Assembly: GCA_027001995.1 (NCBI GenBank)
Contig: JALTLO010000204.1
Span: 52,875 to 65,353 of the forward strand
Length of the DNA: 12,479 bases
Origin: Planctomycetota bacterium
GTDB lineage: Bacteria > Planctomycetota > GCA-002687715 > DRQF01
Direction of reading: 5' to 3'
Shown: one piece after another, positions 7,597-12,479 of the stretch
Layout of the letters: every line of letters starts with the position of its first letter
Numbering within the stretch: the stretch's first letter is position 1
The notes under the pieces: model-generated
Seen by the model: only the letters and a program-made list of their open reading frames with translations
Databases searched by the model: none
What the model was told of the DNA's origin: nothing
Made by a program: the position numbers and the translations under genes

Positions 7597-9096
7597 TTAG
7601 CCGTGATTATCGAATCTCTTGATTTCATACTCTTCTGTGCTCATCCCGCCCTCACCGGAAACCACGATCGACCGTTTGAAGTCGGCTTCAATCCCGTCGA
7701 TGCGGTCCTTCTTGTTGCGCTTTAGGAAGTCCGAAACGCGATGATTGCACTTGACGTGCACACGTTTCGCTCGGTTATTGGCAAAAACGTTGGTGATTTC
7801 TCGCAGGATTTTCAGGCCAATGCTGTCCACATTGCGGATAAACCCGTTGCCTCGGCACGTGGGACAAACCATGGCATTATTGCGATAGAGGCTCTGCCCC
7901 AGTCGCTGACGAGTCATCTCGATCATGCCGAAGTGAGAAATGCGAGCGATTTTCAGCCGCACCTTGTCCCGTAAGAACTGCTGACGAAATGCTTGCTCCA
8001 CTTGCCTCTTGTGGGAGTCATTCTGCATATCAATGAAGTCATTGATGATGACACCACCCAAGTCACGAAGACGCAATTGGCGAGCGATCTCGACCAAGGC
8101 TTCCATATTGGTCTTAAAGGCCGTCTCCTCCAGATCGTCCTCACCGCGGTTCTTTCCGGAGTTGACGTCGATGGCTACCAGAGCTTCCGTTTGGTCAATG
8201 ACGATGGAACCACCACTGGGCAAATTGACCTTGCGGTGGAAAAGCTTCTCGATTTCGTCTTCGAGACGAAACTTGTGAATCAAGGGGTGTTTGTCGTTAT
8301 AGAACTTGATGCGATCGACACTGGAAGGCATCACCGAACGGACGAATTCTTGAGTCTTACGGAAGATGTTTTCGTTATCGATCCAAACTTCGTCTACATC
8401 CGGCGTGAAGTTGTCACGAATCGTGCGAATGACCACATCTGATTCTTGGTAGATCATCGCCGGAGAGCGTTCACTTTTGACCCTCTTGACAATGGTATTC
8501 CAAAGCTTGAGCAAGTACTCCAAGTCGCGGATGATGTCGCCCACATCTTGGCCTACACCGGCAGTGCGGATGATGTAGCCCATCCCGGGAGGAGGCTCAA
8601 TCTTCGCCAGAAGACGTTTGAGGCGATTTCTCTCGGTTCGATCCTCAATCTTCTTCGACACACCGGAACGGGTCAGACTGGGCATGAGCACCAAGTAGCG
8701 CCCTGGAATCGACAAGTATGTCGTCAGGGTAGGCCCTTTCTTGCCAATGCCATCCTTGGTGATTTGAATGAGGACTTCCTGGCCTTTGGTGAGGTACTCA
8801 TGGATGTTGCCGTGCTCACGGCGCCGCAGTGGTATCTCTGGGGCATCAGGGTTGTTTTGGCGATAGATCGGCAAAACATCGGAGACGTGAAGAAAACCAT
8901 TGCGATCGCCACCGAAATCGACGAATGCCGCTCCGATGGATGGCTCGACGTTGGTCACCACACCTTTGTAAATATTGCCAAGATAAGAATCATTGGCTGT
9001 GCGCTCGCAGAAGAAGCCCTGAAGGACTGCGTCTTCTGTAATGGCGATCCGGACCTCTTCCGGATCCTCCGCGTTGATAAAGATCTTTGTTTCCAT
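7597..9096 (-). CDS. Rne/Rng-family ribonuclease (RNase E/G), 499 aa, no C-terminal degradosome scaffold
   Basis: GNIYKGVV, AAFVDFG S1 domain, EALVAIDVNSG, IARQLRLRDLGG, DFIDM and Zn-link CPTC. The start was moved to the ATG at 9096 (METKIFINA), which has a GGAGGAG SD. Confidence 0.95.
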   Translation of the reverse strand: METKIFINAEDPEEVRIAITEDAVLQGFFCERTANDSYLGNIYKGVVTNVEPSIGAAFVDFGGDRNGFLHVSDVLPIYRQNNPDAPEIPLRRREHGNIHEYLTKGQEVLIQITKDGIGKKGPTLTTYLSIPGRYLVLMPSLTRSGVSKKIEDRTERNRLKRLLAKIEPPPGMGYIIRTAGVGQDVGDIIRDLEYLLKLWNTIVKRVKSERSPAMIYQESDVVIRTIRDNFTPDVDEVWIDNENIFRKTQEFVRSVMPSSVDRIKFYNDKHPLIHKFRLEDEIEKLFHRKVNLPSGGSIVIDQTEALVAIDVNSGKNRGEDDLEETAFKTNMEALVEIARQLRLRDLGGVIINDFIDMQNDSHKRQVEQAFRQQFLRDKVRLKIARISHFGMIEMTRQRLGQSLYRNNAMVCPTCRGNGFIRNVDSIGLKILREITNVFANNRAKRVHVKCNHRVSDFLKRNKKDRIDGIEADFKRSIVVSGEGGMSTEEYEIKRFDNHG

Positions 9097-9286
9097 GCCG
9101 CTCCTCCGGGAGCTATGCCCACCATGTCCAAGGGACTGTGGGGCTTCGGGCTGTGTTTCTAGCAGCCATGCAACTCGCATTGCTGTTTGTGCGTTTACTC
9201 TATCCCAGTGCCAGGATTCCTCTGTGGGGAATTTCCTGAACTCCTCACCGCAAGCCAAGGGGCCCATCGGGGGGAACAGATAGACT

Positions 9287-9314
9287 TTGATACGAGAATT
9301 CAGCGGGAAGTCAA
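9287..9314 (-). promoter_or_regulatory. Candidate sigma70-type promoter for the rne/rng gene
   Basis: Minus strand TTGACT-N16-TATCAA, just downstream of the secretin terminator. The -35 is good and the -10 is mediocre. Confidence 0.4.
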
Positions 9315-9348
9315 GGCAGGGAGGCATGTTGGCGGGAATCTCATATAG

Positions 9349-9375
9349 AAAAAGGGGCAGCTTGCGCTGCCCCTT
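9349..9375 (-). terminator. Intrinsic terminator of the secretin gene
   Basis: Minus strand AAGGGGCAGC-GCAA-GCTGCCCCTT-TTT, a perfect GC-rich stem with a GNRA tetraloop and U-tract, about 25 nt after the stop codon. Confidence 0.9.
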
Positions 9376-9400
9376 CTCCATCCTGAACTAAGTCCAGAAG

Positions 9401-11290
9401 TTAGTTGTCTTCCGTGCCTTCGCTGGAATCATCGAGAAATTCGTCGCCGAAAATCCTTTCAACTTCTGACTCAATCATCGCTTTTCTTTTCATGTTCTCT
9501 TCGTGGATCAAAGATTCAACAGTGTCGGAGTCGCGAATGATTCGTGGAGTAATGAAAATGATGAGGCTTTCCCGTGTGGTGGTTGTTTCTTCGTGCTTGA
9601 AGAAGAAGCCAAGCAAAGGGATGTCACCAAGAACCGGAACCTTGTTCACCTTCTTGATGTCGTTCTCAGTGATGAGACCACCGATGACAGCAGTTTGTCC
9701 ACTTTCAAGCAACATGGATGACACCAACGTTTGTTGGGCGATCTGTGGCAAGTCAATAGAAACTTGGTTGGCGCCAACACCAGAAGTGAAGCGGTCAAAG
9801 CCGGGAGGCGAGTTTGGATCGGTGCTACGACCGACCAAGGTCTCAGCCTCAGGAATGATGTCCAAACGAATCTTGTTGGTTCCTGGAATCACATGGGGAA
9901 CCATGAACAACTGAAATCCTGTTTCGACTGGTGAGTTCTTGGCTTCTTTGATGGTGAATGTCAAACCACCAGATTGACCTTCAACAGCGGTTGTTTGGGC
10001 GAATCGAACAGTACGCCCAACAAAGATCGTTGCCTCCTGGTTATCCAAGGCGATCAGTTTCGGAGCTTGAACCACACGGGTGTGCATGTCTTGCTTCAAA
10101 AGACGTAGAGTGAATGACATCTGGGTGAAATCGAGTCGGCCAAACGTGGTCGCTGAGGCCAGTGCCGTATCGTTCAAGCCAGGAACGCCATTGGCACCAC
10201 TGCCATTGCCACCTCCAGCTTGGGCGTCTGTTTGACCTGGAAGAACTCCGAATCCGTCGCCGCCAATGCCGAATGGCAATCGACTGGGAACCGAAGCCCC
10301 ACCAATAGAAGCCACCAAACCGTCGTCGCCAATGTCAACGCCGTCGCTGAGAGCATCGGTATTGGTCGTTGAAACGAATTTGACGTCAACGAAGACTTGT
10401 GTTGGTTCAACATCAAGTTCTTTGATCAATCGTTTGATTGATTTGTGAACCGGCGCAATGTCCTTGATAATCACCATGTTGTGCTTGTCAATGTATTCCA
10501 ACACCCCACTGCCGGACAGAGCGCTGCGCAGAGCTTTGAGTACAGAGAAATCTTCCTCTGGGTTCTCACTCGGCAACTTAGGCTGGCCAACTGTGTATTC
10601 TGATTTGATCAGTGGTCGGTACGTCATCGGTGGACGTACGTACTTGAGCTGATACATCCTGGTCTCAAGTTGCTCCCGTAGTTTTGAAGGATGCACAACT
10701 TGGAGAATGCCGAATTCTTCTTCGACCACAACGAACCCGAGAGACTTAGCGACAGTGTCGAGGGCCGTGCGCCAAGGAACGTTGTTGAGAGTCAGATGAA
10801 CGTTGCCGGTGACTTCAGGTGAAGCAACGATCGACGAACCTGAGAGTTTTGCGATTGCTTCGATGACCGACTCAATCGGTGATTTCCGAAACTTCCAAGT
10901 GATTCGAACTGGTTGTTCAAGAATCAAAAGATTCTCGGCTTTCTTGACGACGACGCACTCCGTGCGATCAGCGACGATATTCAAAGCTTCCCGCCAAGGG
11001 ACACTTTCTAAGTTGACTGTCACCTTCGTCTCAACGTCGACATCGGCGGCGAGGATAATATTCACTCGCGACTTTTCTCGAATGTACTTCACGACATCGA
11101 CCAAGGGACGATCCGTGACAGATAACGTAACACGGGTGTCGTTCACGTCTTGATTTTCGCGCCCGATGACGTCGCCTTCTTGAGCTTCTGTAAGCGTAGA
11201 AAGCGGCCCAGCGAATAGACACGCGACGGCACTAACAATGACAAAATACCGTAATACCGAAGCGCGTTTCTGCGGAGATCGGATGGCCAT
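9401..11290 (-). CDS. Outer-membrane secretin (PilQ/GspD family), 629 aa
   Basis: Signal-peptide-like N-terminus, two N0/STN-like repeats each with VPWRxAL, an N3-like segment, QVFVDVKFV, APKLIALDNQEATIFVG, LESGQTAVIGGLI, KVPVLGDIPLLGFFFK and LIIFITPRII. The start was moved to the ATG at 11290, which has an AAGGAGG SD. Confidence 0.95.
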   Translation of the reverse strand: MAIRSPQKRASVLRYFVIVSAVACLFAGPLSTLTEAQEGDVIGRENQDVNDTRVTLSVTDRPLVDVVKYIREKSRVNIILAADVDVETKVTVNLESVPWREALNIVADRTECVVVKKAENLLILEQPVRITWKFRKSPIESVIEAIAKLSGSSIVASPEVTGNVHLTLNNVPWRTALDTVAKSLGFVVVEEEFGILQVVHPSKLREQLETRMYQLKYVRPPMTYRPLIKSEYTVGQPKLPSENPEEDFSVLKALRSALSGSGVLEYIDKHNMVIIKDIAPVHKSIKRLIKELDVEPTQVFVDVKFVSTTNTDALSDGVDIGDDGLVASIGGASVPSRLPFGIGGDGFGVLPGQTDAQAGGGNGSGANGVPGLNDTALASATTFGRLDFTQMSFTLRLLKQDMHTRVVQAPKLIALDNQEATIFVGRTVRFAQTTAVEGQSGGLTFTIKEAKNSPVETGFQLFMVPHVIPGTNKIRLDIIPEAETLVGRSTDPNSPPGFDRFTSGVGANQVSIDLPQIAQQTLVSSMLLESGQTAVIGGLITENDIKKVNKVPVLGDIPLLGFFFKHEETTTTRESLIIFITPRIIRDSDTVESLIHEENMKRKAMIESEVERIFGDEFLDDSSEGTEDN

Positions 11291-11440
11291 GGTTCCCTCC
11301 TTGAAGAATTGATTTCTTCTCGTTTCCTTCCGGGGCCAGGACCATCCCGAGTCCTGTTTGGGCCACGATCCGTGGCTCGACTGCCCCATTGTCGTCTGTG
11401 GTCACATCGCCACAACTCCGACAACCGTCATGTCAGCCAC

Positions 11441-11484
11441 AAAAAAAACCGACTCCGTCCCGGCGCGCTGGGACATGAGTCGGC
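11441..11484 (-). terminator. Intrinsic terminator between the PilO/P-like gene and the secretin gene
   Basis: Minus strand GCCGACTC-AT-GTCCC-AGCGCGCC-GGGAC-G-GAGTCGG followed by T8. Confidence 0.85.
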
Positions 11485-11510
11485 ATTCCATGCTTAGGAT
11501 CGGTCCTATG

Positions 11511-12479
11511 TCAATCGAGCGCTTTCGCGATCTGTTCTTCCTTATATAGGAAGACTACCTGACTTAGGTCGATCTTGCCGACGGTTACACCTTCGGCGAA
11601 AACCTCCCCCGGACTGTAGGCTCGGTTGTTAATTATGACGATACCTTGGGTAGGCTTGGCAGGCCGAAACACATATCCCGTTATGGCAATGGGGATTTGC
11701 GCAAAGTCTTGCCTTGCGGCGGCCCGGGAAGAAATTTTCTCGATTTTGGCAAAAACCTCTTTCATCTTGGGTCCGGTGCCCGCAGTTTTGACCCCGGCAA
11801 GTGCTTGGGCAGCGGCGATAACCTCGCCATATTGCCCAGCTTCGAAGGACATGGCCATCCTTTTGTATTCAGTTTCTAGCTCTTTGTGCGCCAAACCTCG
11901 GGAGTCGTTTTCCCGCCTGGCTCTATACATAAGCGCAAAAGGAACAGCGACTTTCTGTTCTAACTCGCTGACCAAATCGCGGTCGCGAACCGATCTTGTT
12001 TTCTGCACATCGTCGAGCTTCTGAGCAAAGGTCGCCATTTGCTCGTTGACCGCCGAGCTAAAGGTGATTCTTTCGACGAATGACAGAATCTTGCTTTCTT
12101 CGTCCAAAGCGCCTTGGAGTTTGCCAAATTGATCTTTGAGCTCGTCCAGTATTTTCTGTTGCTCTTCCACATTCTTGGCTTCGACCCGCCGCAACTCCGC
12201 ACCGACACCGGATTTCACCCTTGGATCAGCGAAAATATCACGACGTTCGGGCTGGTTGACGAAGTCATAGGATTCCAGCATCAAGGGGTTGACCCCTTTC
12301 CCTTGCTCAATAAGAGCTAAGGTACGTTTGTCCGAATTGACAATGTTGACCGGCTTTTGCTGGTTCTTGCCTGGCTGGTAAACGTAGGTTTCCAAGACCA
12401 ATTCGATTTGGTGGATAGCAGGACCTTTTTGATCGTCATCCCCACGGGTTTGCTCCGCTGAGATGGAGAGTTGTTTCAC
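11511..12479 (-). CDS. Partial (5'-truncated) type IV filament alignment-subcomplex protein: PilO-like C-terminal strands, helical linker, PilP/GspB-like beta domain
   Basis: The frame is open to the window edge and lies directly upstream of the secretin. It begins with PilO-like terminal strands (KQLSIS...HQIELVLETYVY), followed by RRDIFADPR (RDPF-like), a long charged helical region, and ITGYVF...GIVIINNRAYSPGEVF...VTVGKID...VVFLYK. Domain calls are by eye. Confidence 0.6.
   Translation of the reverse strand: MKQLSISAEQTRGDDDQKGPAIHQIELVLETYVYQPGKNQQKPVNIVNSDKRTLALIEQGKGVNPLMLESYDFVNQPERRDIFADPRVKSGVGAELRRVEAKNVEEQQKILDELKDQFGKLQGALDEESKILSFVERITFSSAVNEQMATFAQKLDDVQKTRSVRDRDLVSELEQKVAVPFALMYRARRENDSRGLAHKELETEYKRMAMSFEAGQYGEVIAAAQALAGVKTAGTGPKMKEVFAKIEKISSRAAARQDFAQIPIAITGYVFRPAKPTQGIVIINNRAYSPGEVFAEGVTVGKIDLSQVVFLYKEEQIAKALD

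Noticed and set aside
7993..9162. Plus-strand ORFs of 149 aa and 238 aa
   Set aside because: Antisense shadows of the conserved RNase E/G gene.
9097..9381. 95-aa N-terminal extension of RNase E/G in the ORF track
   Set aside because: It crosses the secretin terminator and candidate promoter. Family similarity and a strong SD begin at 9096.
4388..11356. CAGGA...TCCTG stem recurring in three intergenic regions (4388, 9212, 11337)
   Set aside because: Only 5-bp arms with very different loop lengths, too short to call a repeat family.
11332..11387. Hammerhead ribozyme reading of the three-way junction
   Set aside because: The CUGANGA and GAAA core sequences are absent on both strands.
11291..11389. 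33-aa N-terminal extension of the secretin in the ORF track
   Set aside because: It would displace the signal peptide, and the ATG at 11290 has a strong AAGGAGG SD.
1..12479. CRISPR arrays, IS elements, tRNA/rRNA genes, defence genes
   Set aside because: No spaced direct repeats, transposase or integrase motifs, cloverleaf structures or unexplained large ORFs were seen.

Overview
A roughly 53% GC bacterial window in which every convincing gene lies on the minus strand. In transcription order it holds a 5'-truncated PilO-like/coiled-coil/PilP-GspB-like protein, a secretin with two tandem N0/STN domains, RNase E/G, rplU, rpmA, obgE, a PilT/PilU-family ATPase, a GspC-like membrane PDZ protein, type III pantothenate kinase, a C-terminally shortened MnmE-family GTPase, and aspartate carbamoyltransferase pyrB. 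pyrB is missing from the supplied ORF track because it runs off the left edge. The gene set is mostly housekeeping, interleaved with divergent type IV filament (T4P/T2SS-like) genes. Planctomycetota is a tentative guess from protein style only. No mobile elements, CRISPR arrays, tRNAs or rRNAs were seen. The best leads are the hybrid T4P/T2SS-like architecture, a terminator plus structured GGA-rich leader ahead of the secretin, an MnmE lacking its C-terminal FCxGK motif, and unusual substitutions in ObgE. None of these is proof of a new system.
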